Positions 27,301 through 39,481 of a stretch of DNA of 64,000 nt are shown here, one piece after another. The position numbers were made by a program, and so were the translations under genes. Source of the stretch: Paragordius varius (lineage: Eukaryota; Animalia; Nematomorpha); assembly GCA_964247055.1 (NCBI GenBank), contig OZ176051.1, forward strand, positions 8,742,001 through 8,806,000. The letters are read 5' to 3'. The notes under the pieces are model-generated. The model did not search any database and was not told the DNA's origin. It saw only the letters and a program-made list of their open reading frames with translations. Every line of letters starts with the position of its first letter. Positions within the stretch are counted from its first letter, which is position 1.

Positions 27301-28533
27301 ACACCCTGATATGATATTTCCTTAATTTGGCGCTTATCATAACTTTTATGAATAACTCTGGCACCAAACTTTAGCAATATCCACTTTTTACTTTTTTAAT
27401 TTGATCAATCGTTAAAATTAAATTTTCAAACGAGATCCCTAATTTGTGGATTATTTCCATCAATATTGATATTTTACTTTATAAAAACCAAATATAACAA
27501 TAACAATGTATAGCCAACCTTTTCTTGTTATATTCCATTCTCGGATCAATTGATTATCGGTAAATAATCTATAGTTAGCCTTGTTTATTGCCGTCATATT
27601 TATTTCAATATATCCCATCCCTTTTTGTATAACATTATTGTTAACGTCCCGTAATTGAAGTTGACACTGTTGGGCTAATTTTATGCTTCTATATAGTGGT
27701 ATACAACTTTGCTCAGCCACAAACCTATTATTGTAGGAGATGTATGGTAATGTTGGAGCATAAAACATAATTGTTCTCGTCATTATCAATTTTCCTTCTA
27801 TATAAATTTTATAGATGCCCATGTCTTCAATATACCCTGATTTAATTAACCAATAACCACCATCTTTTGTGGAATCAAAGGTATCACTCCTACCATTCTT
27901 TTGTAACGTTACAATGGGGGCGTGTCCTTTAGGTTCATAATAGTTTTTGGTCATAAACGACAATGAAATGGTTGATTTCCATGCTACAGTGTATTTTTCC
28001 TCAAGCGCTATAACATAAAATAGATGAATATTTTATATATATTAAAATGTAAAGCTTATGAACTATTTTTACTATTAACAATTTTAAATTTTTTCCTAAT
28101 ATTACATAATAAAAAAAAGTTTTTAATTCGCAAATTGTGGTTTCTTATCCAACAAGTCAAAACTTTGGAATATAAATAATATGTCTCGTAGTTAAATTAT
28201 AAATAATATTTTTTTGGTTTACTTACGAGTTAAAATTATGGTTCCCGAAGCTATCGTCTTTCCATCCTTTGTGACGGTATATCTACCATCTACCAAATTA
28301 TATTTGGCAGGAAAACTGTTTCTTTGCAACAAAGTATAATTGAGGTTAGCGTATGTATAAGTCCATCCCGAAAATTGGATTGTAAAATTAGCTGTCCCAG
28401 TAAATGGGCTTATAAGGCGATCGTAAATGGACCAACCGACAGGCAGACTTACATCTCTGTTCACCACACAATAAATCGCACTAGGTTTCGCGATCACTAA
28501 AAATATGGCCAAAACGTATTGATAATACAGCAT
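23409..28533 (-). CDS. Secreted protein of ~479 aa with about five tandem Ig-like beta modules (exons 28533-28227, 28007-27519, 24609-24352, 24218-24092, 23667-23409)
   Basis: Signal peptide MLYYQYVLAIFLVIAKPSA. All four introns are GT-AG and splice in frame (1440 nt; first three phase 1). Modules end in a recurring pattern: DGRYTVTKDGKTI / DMGIYKIYIEGKLI / NKANYRLFTDNQLI / VWAKYRTIYLKKGQTL / KAVMNGARLIRSY. No transmembrane helix. The last junction is the least certain; the Ig fold is inferred. Confidence 0.7.
25740..26010 (+). mobile_element. Mariner transposase 3' relic
   Basis: NLAQSDY resembles the mariner PDLAPSDY motif; EWFS and an SGGDIF-like C-terminus follow. Heavily decayed. Confidence 0.45.
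26250..27203 (+). mobile_element. Decayed, internally deleted mariner (Mos1-like) in intron 2 of the Ig-like gene
   Basis: Mos1-like ends TCAGGTGT...TGTATACCTCTGG|TA. Frameshifted motifs DPAQT*RQLAEALQ, TISTLLQKMG...KLSKWV, KPNRLSKKT, HGKVILLH, AKPVKDTQKSLRWEIL. Confidence 0.8.
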
Positions 28534-29428
28534 TTCTTGATAGAGGATAAAAAAATTTAAGTAAAAATTTATTATAGATTGAATTGCAAAAATTGAAATT
28601 TTTTTATGTATTTGTACATATTTGTTAAATATATTTTTTGTTATTGATAATTTTTCTTTAAGTTGTACGCAATTGGGCATCCTAAGGCCTATGATATTAT
28701 AAGATGATAGTGCCAAAGTCAATATTATCTGTTATGTTTGTTATAAATGATGCAATATTCTTATCAATATTAAAATTTTACATATTCCAATATGATAAAC
28801 TAAGCAAACAAAAAATGTCAAATAGATGGTAAGCGATATAACCATACTTTAAGGTAGGGGTTGTCAAAATAATATTTTTGCCGTTACTTGCTTATAAAAT
28901 GTAAAATTTAACCAAAAAAGGTTTCTCCATCTAACTAAATATAAAAGAAAGCAAATGTTTTTTTTGATGAATGTACAGCACTTTGCGCTCCTATTTAACT
29001 TTAACCAGTTTTGATATACAGTAAAGGTTATATAATACAGACAAAACGTAAACAAAAATATTTTATTTAAAATCACACCATATTTATAAACGCCAAGAAC
29101 AACATAAATGGCTTCGTCGGGGCTGCATTTTGAGCTAAACGGTGGATCGCATTAGGATTATAACAGATAGACATCACTTAATATATTATTATAAAATTGT
29201 TATATATATTAAATCTACGATATATCAAATTATTTTATTTGTTGGCGAAATTAAATATATTCAGATTTGACTATATATATTATAAAATCAAAAGTCATCT
29301 TAACCTTCAATAAAAAAATTAAATACAGATTTCCCTCATTAACACATTGATTAAATGATAGTTTTTTAAAGAACGCTTATTTACAAAATTTTATTTGATA
29401 TTAATATGTAATTATATAAATATATCGT

Positions 29429-29640
29429 CAGGGGCATGATAAAGTTCTACCACCTTCAACAATTTTTTTAAATTTGTCTATTCAATTGCCAAGAACAAAA
29501 AATTGTTAAATATGTTTGCATTTTAGTCTTATATTTGAAGTCTATTAAATTATATATGCCCCTATAATTGTTCCAAATATGTGGCCGCTTTTTTAAGTTT
29601 TAAATGCCCCCCTCAAAGCCATTTGCGTTTGGCACCTCTG
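29429..29640. mobile_element. Degenerate hAT MITE
   Basis: CAGGGGCATG...AAAGCCATTTGCGTTTGGCACCTCTG ends; right end resembles the hAT-like segment inside the foldback cores; no TSD found. Confidence 0.5.
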
Positions 29641-32600
29641 TTTCTAAATATAATGTTCAGACAATTCACAAAAACTGGGGCCATAAGTTGATAATAAAAT
29701 ATATTAATTCCAATATTGGTGCGAAAATTGACCTTGAAACAAATCCATGTATAAAGTAAAAATTTGTTTACAAGAGAGGAACATAATAAAAAACCGGATT
29801 TACGCGGTGTTATAATTATATTATACTAATTGAGCATATGAAGTCTTACCCTTAAACCATAATTAGCTAGTTCTAGTTTTCACAAAGACAAAACTAATGT
29901 GAGAGTTTTTATTTTATTAACCCCCCTATAGCCCTACTCTACGCTACATACATCTCATGTATAAGGGCTAAGATTTTAGTCGGTCCATCTTTTTGATTAA
30001 CCATGGATGGAGCATCGCTATATAAAGAATCCGTCTACATATGAATATATATGGTTAATTGGCAAACAAAAACAACATAATTTTCTAATGGTATAGGGAT
30101 TATGCCTAAATTAAATGTTTTTAATTTATATTCACATTTAAATGTAATGAATACCTTTTTAAATATATCATATTTTAAAATGTAATACATTGGCTTTAAA
30201 AAATTTTGAACGGAAAATATACACCATATAATTACACTAAGCGATTTTTACTTTACGCGCCACTTTTTTGAGTAAGAACTGTTTTACCTATCCGTGTAAA
30301 ATTTGCGTTCGAATGTTCATATATATTTTATTCAACAGGAAACGTATAAAAGCGGAAAATATTAGAAGATGAGTACTTTTTAAGGCGTAAATTATTCTCC
30401 TCTTTCGACACTAAAATTTCACCCTAAATATTATTTTCCGTAAAAATTGTGAGTTATAATATTTTCTATATGTTTGGAATATAAATTTTTGTCTTATTGC
30501 TTTTGTTGAAAATTAAAAAATATCCAGATTAAATCTATATATTAAAAATTAAATTTACTATCATTTCATTGTGCCTTTGGGACTTCGAGTGATTAAAGAA
30601 AGTCATTTGTACGTACTGGCTTATCAAAAGGTCAGAAAATCAGCGCAATACTGAATATATTTTTTTCGGATCATCTAAATATATAATAAACTATCTAACA
30701 GCAAAGCAATGGTTATTATAAATTTAACTGCCATGCATAGGCCCCGAACGGGTATTATTTTTCGGACCACCTAAAAATTGTCTATTTTTAATACAAATAT
30801 CCTGAGATTACATGTTAAAAAATATATTCACAGCATCCAAAAAACTCTTATAAAATATATTTAGTCTGAAGGAAAATGTATTAGGATATCATAGTGCTTT
30901 TGGTTTTGGCACCTATGAAATGATTCAAGAAAGTTATTTTGTGATGAGTGACATCAGAGATAAAAAAAAATTTGCATACATTTTTTTAATAATTTTTTTT
31001 GGTGAAAAGGGCCTCATTCTAAAAAATATGACCAAAACAGATAAACTACCTATAAAAAGCAAAACAATATTTTTTTAAAAAAATTCGGATGTAGGCTTCG
31101 AAAGTTCCAAACTTTTTTGTTTTTTTTAAAAATTGGTTCTTTTATAACAAAAGTAAAAATGCCGATATTATGCAATAAAAATTTCAAATATATGCTAAAT
31201 TTTAATATCAACTAAAAATAGTTTTTGAAAACTACATAAGTATTTTAAAAATTAAATTTTAGCGAAATTTTGTCAGGCCTATTAAACTATTTAGAGGCAT
31301 GCTGGAAACGGTATAAAAATGCTTTAAGACATTAAAACACTTTTTCTCTATAATTTGATGGTGATAACCATTTCTATCACCTCATTGATTAAAATATTTT
31401 TGTCTAATTATGTTAAAAATAAATTGTGTTACTTTATTTAAATATGTACCAATTAGGTAAACGAACATTAAAATTATTCTATAGCGATAGAAATATTCAA
31501 CATCGAATTATTTAAAAAACGTTTTATAATATCTTAAAACGTTTTCAAACCGTTTTATATCCCAATTCTAATAAAACTAAACTATTATTTTTGAAAGTTG
31601 TTTTAATTAAAATTTAATTATCGAACATTGTTCTCATTTATTAGATCTGCTCCAAAACAGGATTTCAAACAGCTGATATTAAAATCAAAAATCAATTTTT
31701 TGGTGGTAAGCCTGAAAGCTTTTAAAAGTTAATTATACATTTTCTAACCATAATATATAACAGAGGCCAGTCCTTTTAATACTCCCTTTTGGCGTAGTTT
31801 CTGCTGCCACTTTTTTTCACTATTGTGCAAATAGGCGAAAAGAATTGGGACTTTTGGAGCCCACATCTAAAAATTAAATTTTTTGAAAATATTGTTATAA
31901 TTTTTATACGTAGTTTATGGTATATTCAGTGATATTTTTGGAATGAAGCATTTAGTTCCCATCAAAAAAATAAAAAATATGGTCAAATTTTGCCATCTGA
32001 TATGGAGTACTTATTATAAAAGTGTAAATTCTTTCTTAAATCACTCGTAATCGCCAATATCAAAAGCACCATAATAATTGTGATTTCCAATCAGTTCAGG
32101 TTATTTTTAAACCCTTTGATTTCGTACGCTATGTATGATCTTAATTATAAATTTCAAAAAATATCTTAAAAATGCATATTTTGATTGAAAATTTATGTTG
32201 TGACGCAATGAGTACATGAAAATCTTTTTTGACTATTCAACAAAGATTATTTTTCTGATTTTAACCATAATATATCACATCTAATAATTAGAGTTATTAA
32301 TAAGTAAATAATAAGACGAGTGACTTTTTATGAGTGCAGTGATTCAAAATAAAAATCATATTATAAGAATAAATTTAATAATATAAACACAATAATATTT
32401 TTTCTCAAAAGACCGATGTAACTTTGTAATATGTTTAAAATAGAGGTTCATTGGTAAAAGGAGTAAAATTTGTAAAAATTTATGTGTCTTTTCGTCCGAT
32501 ACTTTTCATCCGATACTTTCCCTTAACCACATTTTCTGGATCTTTCAAAACTCAACACAACAAACAATAGTTTTATTGCATTTAATAATATGGGAAAATA

Positions 32601-32696
32601 TGATAAAAATAAAATACACAATTCAATATTAATTTAAATTTTATACCAATTCATACTTATACCAGATATAGATAATAATTTTAAAAGATAACTTAC

Positions 32697-32830
32697 CTAT
32701 TAAGTTTCCTTTTTTTGTCAGGTGGAAACTCTAGAACTTATTTGAGGCTACGTGTCATTTAATTGGACCTAATCCTTTAATAAATCTTAGATTTGCATAT
32801 GTAACTTCAATAGTTTGGCTTCAAATTAAA
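32697..32830 (-). pseudogene. Pseudo-exon paralogous to exon 1 of the Ig-like gene
   Basis: Translates as QTIEVTYANLRFIKGLGPIK*HVASNKF*SFHLTKKGNLI, aligning to WTYTYANL-(20 aa)-YTVTKDGKTI with the same 20-residue spacing; ends in a phase-1 G|GTAAGT donor; two in-frame stops. Confidence 0.55.
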
Positions 32831-33650
32831 AATAGCTGACTTTTACAATGATAATCAAAAACTTATTCCAAATTAAAATATATTTACATTTTTTATTAGC
32901 ATTTTAATACATAATATGTGACTAGTAAAACATTAGCATTTAACAATATTACATAAATATTCTCTTAGTACACCCGTAAAATGTTATTGCATTTATCATC
33001 ATAATATCAATTTATAATGAAAATATAACCTGAATGTTAAATAAATGTCCAAAATGTTGAATTTGCCAACTTTTTCCATCAGAATATTATCATTACGATT
33101 AAAATGACAAATTTAGACAAAAGCTTTTACGTTATGTTGACATAATTTAGCATCCAAATAAGCGTTTTATATTTTTTTAATTATACCTTTCAAATATTTC
33201 ATACTCCCCTGCTTGTATTTTTTGAGTGAGCCAATCTTATTGAATTCAGATAGGTAGGATATTCAAAACCAATAATTTTTGAATTAATACATAAGTATAT
33301 AACTATAATTCCCATATTGAATTAGATGTCATGTTTTTAACTATTGCCAAATCATAGGGTGTTTAATATATAGAATGACTATGAAATTTTGAAATGGAAA
33401 TAGTTCATAAATTACTTTTGAATAACTAATGCAATTTTTTTGGTTTCCACTCTGTCAATTTAAATAACAGTTATTACATATTAATGATAAAATATTAAAT
33501 TTATTTCTTAAATATTTCCAAATACAAATATAATATGGTAAGTAAAGTACAATTTGTATTTTTGTATCAAAGCGAAATTTGTATGTCAGATTGTGTTAAT
33601 TATGGTAAAGTATTTTCCGTCTGCACAAAGCTATTTACAAATAAGTTATT

Positions 33651-35354
33651 TTAAGGGAATTTGTGTTTAAGAAAAGATCGTAAATGTTTATCAAAACAAA
33701 TGAAGAGTATAAAACCCCAGGCGGAATTAAGTATCTCCAGGAAATTGCTTACTGTTACCAGATCTCTGAAGAGACATGTGTTTGGCAAGCAAATAAAAAA
33801 TTCGTAGCTTATGGCCGTTATGGACATGGGAATGCAAAGCATGATATAAAAAAACATTAGGAGAAATAGAATGTTTGAGGCTGAGTCTTTTGTTATCGTT
33901 GACTGTTGCAATAAATTTTTTTTATCATTCCTTAAGTTATCTAATCTTCTGTCACTTTCTTTTTTACAAGCTTTAATTGTATTTTGTAGATGATTATTGG
34001 ATTCATACGGTTGGTTCGCACTTTTAACATCGGGCATTGATGGAAATTTAAAATCGTCGTTAATTTTAACTTTCAAAGTTTGTTGTAAAGATTTTTTTGG
34101 AGACACTAATTTTATTTGTTTATACAAAAGAGATCTGCGTTTACGAAGGTATTGCATATAGTTATAACATGTTTTACCATTCACAATGATAATAAATACT
34201 ATTGGTAAGATATTAATAATTATTTCTCGGATGTTTTCATAAATCTTAAAGGATTGGGTTTTACGAAATTCCATCATTTTATAGCGTATAATAATTGAGT
34301 CGTTTAAATTTGTTGCACTTTTATTGGATTCATAGTACTTATTATCGTTTAATGATCTCTCATTTCCATTACTATTTTTGCTATTGCTGGAAAACTTTGG
34401 ATCTTTAGTAAAGTATAACTGGCCAATTAGGTACCAACGAAATATGGGTATTTGCCAAGCCAAGCAGAACATAAAACTTAAAAAGATACTTATTACAATA
34501 TGTTTTTTAGTGAATAAGCTACTATAGAGTAGAGGTTTGCATATAGCTACGTAACGCTCTATCGAATATATCAGGACAATGAATGTCGCCGTTTTATTCA
34601 GGGTTGTGCGCATAGGAAAACACCAATTTGTCATGAACACCCAATACGATCTGTCATAAAAGTAGCCTGGCTCTTCGTGCGATAAATATATAAAGGGTGG
34701 ATGTTCTTGTTTATACTCAGTTTTATCTAAATCATTAGCATCCTCACTAAGAGACACCATTGTTCCAGTCATCGTTCTAACATAATTCCCATAATAAAGG
34801 AGAAATGGCCAAGGGACATTTAGGATGCAGATCATGAGATATAAAATTAACATACTAATGACATACAAGTAATAATTGCTCATGGTTTGTTGAGCCTTGG
34901 GTTTTGCTACATTACTTGTGTGGTGACCTTCATCCATATTGACTGCTTTATTCGATTTAGCTGATTGATCACATTCGTTAATTTTCTTAAAATTATTATT
35001 ATCCTGATATATGGTATCCTCCTCGACGTTATACATTGTAATTGAGGTTTGGCAAGTCGATTTTTGGAAAAATTTTGGCCGATATAATAATTTTATCACA
35101 TTAGTAAAGTATATTTTTTTCGTTGTAACTTTAGGAGGTGTATCAGATAAGGTTGGTGGTTGGGTGCTTTTATTATTTTTTTTCCTCAAATTTCTTTTGT
35201 ACGACCATATTAGACATAAAGTTAACCCATTTCCAACCATGCCAATGATTGAAATTATGGGTGTTATAACTACGTACAGAACGAATTCCGTCCTATTTAT
35301 AAGAATTAAATTGGTAGCATTTGATAGCGAATAATAATCAAACACCGTACTCAT
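33651..35354 (-). CDS. Class A (rhodopsin-like) peptide-type GPCR, FMRFamide-receptor / B0563.6-like; intronless, 567 aa
   Basis: Seven hydrophobic segments; TM1 IIGMVGN; TM3 SIERYVAICKPL; TM6 LCIP; TM7 NFLEILNSAWGFILF; N-terminal sequons NAT and NRT; long loop insertions. Confidence 0.92.
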   Translation of the reverse strand: MSTVFDYYSLSNATNLILINRTEFVLYVVITPIISIIGMVGNGLTLCLIWSYKRNLRKKNNKSTQPPTLSDTPPKVTTKKIYFTNVIKLLYRPKFFQKSTCQTSITMYNVEEDTIYQDNNNFKKINECDQSAKSNKAVNMDEGHHTSNVAKPKAQQTMSNYYLYVISMLILYLMICILNVPWPFLLYYGNYVRTMTGTMVSLSEDANDLDKTEYKQEHPPFIYLSHEEPGYFYDRSYWVFMTNWCFPMRTTLNKTATFIVLIYSIERYVAICKPLLYSSLFTKKHIVISIFLSFMFCLAWQIPIFRWYLIGQLYFTKDPKFSSNSKNSNGNERSLNDNKYYESNKSATNLNDSIIIRYKMMEFRKTQSFKIYENIREIIINILPIVFIIIVNGKTCYNYMQYLRKRRSLLYKQIKLVSPKKSLQQTLKVKINDDFKFPSMPDVKSANQPYESNNHLQNTIKACKKESDRRLDNLRNDKKNLLQQSTITKDSASNILFLLMFFYIMLCIPMSITAISYEFFICLPNTCLFRDLVTVSNFLEILNSAWGFILFICFDKHLRSFLKHKFP

Positions 35355-35465
35355 TAAATATTGGCAATGGTAAAATTTTTTATGTTTACAAAAAATTCGT
35401 CACGTATAACACCTTGATTTCGGTTCTAACAGGTTTTTCACAGCATAAAAATATATTGATTATCA

Positions 35466-35518
35466 TATTATATATATATATATATATATATATTGTAACA
35501 TAAATCCTAATTAAAAAT

Positions 35519-35557
<39 letters not shown>
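35466..35557. repeat. Paired (TA)n microsatellites 110-200 bp upstream of the GPCR ATG
   Basis: Directly visible. Other (TA)n tracts lie at ~7631, ~8491, ~10151, ~24311 and ~53645. Confidence 0.9.
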
Positions 35558-35560
<3 letters not shown>

Positions 35561-37173
35561 TTATTTTGCATAATAGGATATTTAGCATAAATTTTTCGAC
35601 ATTCATTTTTACAATTCCGATTTTCGATTCACACTTCTTGCAATGAGGGCGAAATGCGTAAACGTTTGATTTTGACCTTGGATGTTGGTCACTAATGCAT
35701 AAAATAAATATGTAAATGTATGAATATTATCAAAAGTGTTAATATTTGGTGTAGTTGCTAAATAATTTAAAATAAAATCGGAAGTAGCTGTTAAAATCTA
35801 TAAACTCTGATCTGATTACCATTATTTTTGAGTAAATTTTTTAGCTATTGACTTTTGAAAATTTTATCGTATGGATAAATTAAATTTAGAGCTTTTTTTG
35901 GTTTAATATGTTAAAATCATTTAAAAAATACAGATAAATGACTAACTTTTTATATTATAATATTATTTTTTATACAATTTGCCCCGTCAGGCGTCGCTGT
36001 AATTTAGTCATATCGTAACCTAACTCAAAAACACAATATAAAACTGAATAAAAAATAAAGATATTGAAAACTGGATTAATTATTAATTAGTAGGAGAGTA
36101 AATATCCTGAACGAATATATAATAGCTAAAACTTCATCAAGATTTTCATGGTGCTTTTGAGGCAAACGAGTCATTTAAGTCAACATTAAAGCTTTTTGAA
36201 ATAGATAATATACCAATATTTTATTATTATAAATCAGGTGACGAACACGCTGCCCTCCAAAATATTTCTGCAGCTATCGAAAAATTTATATACCAAATAA
36301 ATGAATAATTTTCATAATTAAAATGATTTCTTTTGTAAATCTAAGGTAAAATCCATCAATAAGTTATCAGAAACCGTTAAAATAAATAGAAGTGATATTC
36401 TGTTAGTAATTTTTATACAATCTCAAAGTTTGAAATCTAGTATGATTCTCATATGTTTTGCAAATAAGGTTAGTCGGATTTTGGAGTCAAATATGCGGCC
36501 CCAAAGCCATTTGTGCTGGACACTTCTATAAATTATATCATTACAATCATATTAAAACAAAAATTTTGCTCCCTATAAAAACGGTGGCTCAAAATTCCGT
36601 GAAACTTTAATACTAAATGAAACCGATTTTGTTTTTGTTTAAAAAAACATACAATGCTTTAAAAATTAAATTACAGCAAATTTAGTTAATTAGAATTTAG
36701 AAGCATGATGAAATACGATATAACACTGAAGGTAAAAAGGTTTATATAATTATTTGGATATTTCTACTAGTCAATAAATTTGGTTAAATTTTTTTTAAAA
36801 GTTATTTAATATCTTAAGGGTTAAAATCAAAATTTGATGGAATCTTTTTGGAACCCTTAAAGTAAAAATAATGTTTTTATGAGAGCTTTGAATCGGTTCG
36901 AAAAATTGGAGCCGGAACCGGCATTAGTCTAAGGTTTTTATAATAAGTGTATTTGAGGTAATCTTTATTAAAAAATTATTGTACCAAGGGATTTGATCGT
37001 CATATTCCTTCTTAGATATAAAAATATTAAATTTACCGTGAAAAAATTTCTTATGTTGTGAGCCGATGTACCGCTAATCAAACTACCCTTACCTGATAAA
37101 ATATTAATAATTAATTTGTGACCAAAAAAATCTTGATGGCCTCAGGTGACCCCTGAGGTTTGAATGCCAATGA

Positions 37174-39430
37174 TATACCATTTTCCAGTCTAAATAAACG
37201 TTTTCCCAGTCAATCGAAACATTTTCCCAATCAATCGAAACGTTTTCTCAGTCAATCGAAACATTTTCCCAGTCAATAAAAACATTTTCCCAATCAATAA
37301 AAACGTTTTCCCAATCAATAAAAACGTTTTCCCAGTCAATAAAAACGGTTTTAATTTTGATAAAAAATATTAAAACAAGATATAAAAATAACTTTTAACC
37401 ATTATCAACGTAATATTAGCATATTATTTTTTATGAATTAACAATGATTGAATGATATTTTCTATATATTCCAATACACAATCATTAATAATTAATTCTT
37501 TAAAAGGTATATTTTATTAACTGGAAGAATACTTTATGGTTTTTAAGTATAATTAAGAAAATATTTAATAATTTTTTTATTTTATCAATGGTTCGCATTA
37601 ATATTCGAGGCTAACTTATAAAGTCTATAGTTACGGATAATAAAATTTATAAAAATATACCACTTTCATCTCAAATTGGTTATTTAACGCTAATTGGATT
37701 ATAAACATGTCGAATTGTGTATAAAAATACTGTCGGAAAAAATCTAAACAAAACATGGTTTTAATATGTTATTAAAAATATTTTATAGAAAAGGATATTC
37801 TAACACAATGGCTTCGCGGGCCGCATTTTAAATCGAAAAGCACGGCGTTCCGCATTCGTATTATATACCGACATTCATAAATAATTTATTCGATCTTAGA
37901 CATGACTGTAAAGAACACAATATACCATTTGCACTTCAAGAGTGTCCTTGAACACTTCAAGTTGGTCCTTGAACATTTTAAGTTGGTCCTTGAACATTTC
38001 AAGTTGGTCCACATTTCAAGTTGGTCCTTGAACAGTTCAATGGTCCTTGAACAATTCAAGTTGGTCCTTGAACAATTCAAGTTGGTCCTTGAACACTTCA
38101 AGTTGGTCCTTTGACTTTTTTGTTTTGTTTTTAACATCAATCAAATCGTAAATAATTCATATATTTTATTGTTTTGAACCTATTTTCTATTATATAACAT
38201 AAATTAATCGATTTGAACTTTTAAGCTTTGAGAAACCGTATATCTTTATAAATTTCTTAAAATAATTTTGGATTTTTAAGATTTTAACACGAATTGAAAA
38301 AATATATATGTTTTCTGGGTTATTTATAAAAATTTTTCATCAAAAACATTTAAAAGACAATAATTTTGTTCAATTGAAAAAAATTAGTTTGAAACAAAAA
38401 GTGGTTTTTTAATAAAAATTTTAATTTTTAAATGAATAAATATATAACAAATAAAGAAAATTAGGTTAATAAATAATAAAATAAAAAAAATAAATGCAAA
38501 AATTATGGTTAAATCAAAATTTATAAATTTTAAGGACCAACTTGAAGTGTTCAAGGACAACTTGAAATGTTCAAGGACCAACTTGAAATATTCAAGGACC
38601 AACTTGAAGTGTTCAAGGACCAACTTGAAGTGTTCAAGGACACTCTTGAAGTGCAAATGGTATATATTTTTTTTTAATTCGTTGCCAATTTTATAGACTC
38701 ATTCAGAATAATAGCGTAAGAAATATGAATTTTACTAATTGAGGGAATATTTTTGCATTGGATTTCATAATTTTTCGCGGGCCGCACAAAGATTCGGAAG
38801 GCCGCCTTAGGCCTTCGATGAACCAAATGATAAATATAAAAATAGGGTTAAATTTATGTTTAAGACCCAATATGAAGTGTTAAATGACCATTAAGATGAA
38901 ATTTGTATATTTTTATAAATTTTATTATTTCCTCCGTAACTATAGATTTTTTAAGTTCCGCAAATATTAATGCGAACCATCGATAAAATAAAAAACATTA
39001 TCTTAAAAATATCTCGAATTCCAAAAAGTAAAACTTCTAAAGAATACATTAATGATTGTGAACTGAAATATATTTGGAAAAATTGTCATTCAATAATTGT
39101 GTTTTGATAAAAAATAATGTTCTAATATTACGCTGATAATGATCAAAAGTTATATTTATATCTTGTTTTGATATTTATCATCAAAATTAAAACCGTTTTT
39201 ATTGACTGGGAAAACGTTTTTATTGATTGGGAAAATGTTTCGATTGACTGGGAAAATGTTTTGATTGACTGGGAAAATGTTTCAATTGACTGGGAAAACG
39301 TTTCGATTGACTAGGAAAGCGTTTCGATTGACTGGGAAAACGTTTCGATTGACTGGGAAAACGTTTCGATTGACTGGGAAAATGTTTCGATTGACTGGGA
39401 AAACGTTTATTTAGACTGGGAAATGGTATA
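37174..39430. mobile_element. Foldback element copy E, carrying nested element F
   Basis: TATACCATTTTCCAGTC...GACTGGGAAATGGTATA ends, the same 21-bp arrays, core oriented as in D and split at 37921/38664. Confidence 0.85.
37921..38664. mobile_element. Second foldback subfamily (element F) with a different 21-bp unit
   Basis: Ends TATACCATTTGCACTTCAAG...CTTGAAGTGCAAATGGTATA; arrays of AAGTTGGTCCTTGAACA(C/T)TTC in inverted orientation at ~37940-38110 and ~38530-38650. Confidence 0.88.
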
Positions 39431-39481
39431 TATAGTTCATTCGCCATTATTGATAATTGATCACGGAGCTATAGTTTATGG

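Noticed and set aside
35011-35334. Plus-strand ORF overlapping the GPCR; likewise 62463-62825, 63174-63464, 42840-43028, 50423-50644
   Set aside because: Antisense or alternate-frame shadows of real coding exons.
37886-38696. ORFs with (LEHFKLV)n or (SRTNLKC)n, superficially leucine-zipper-like
   Set aside because: They are translations of the 21-bp arrays of element F.
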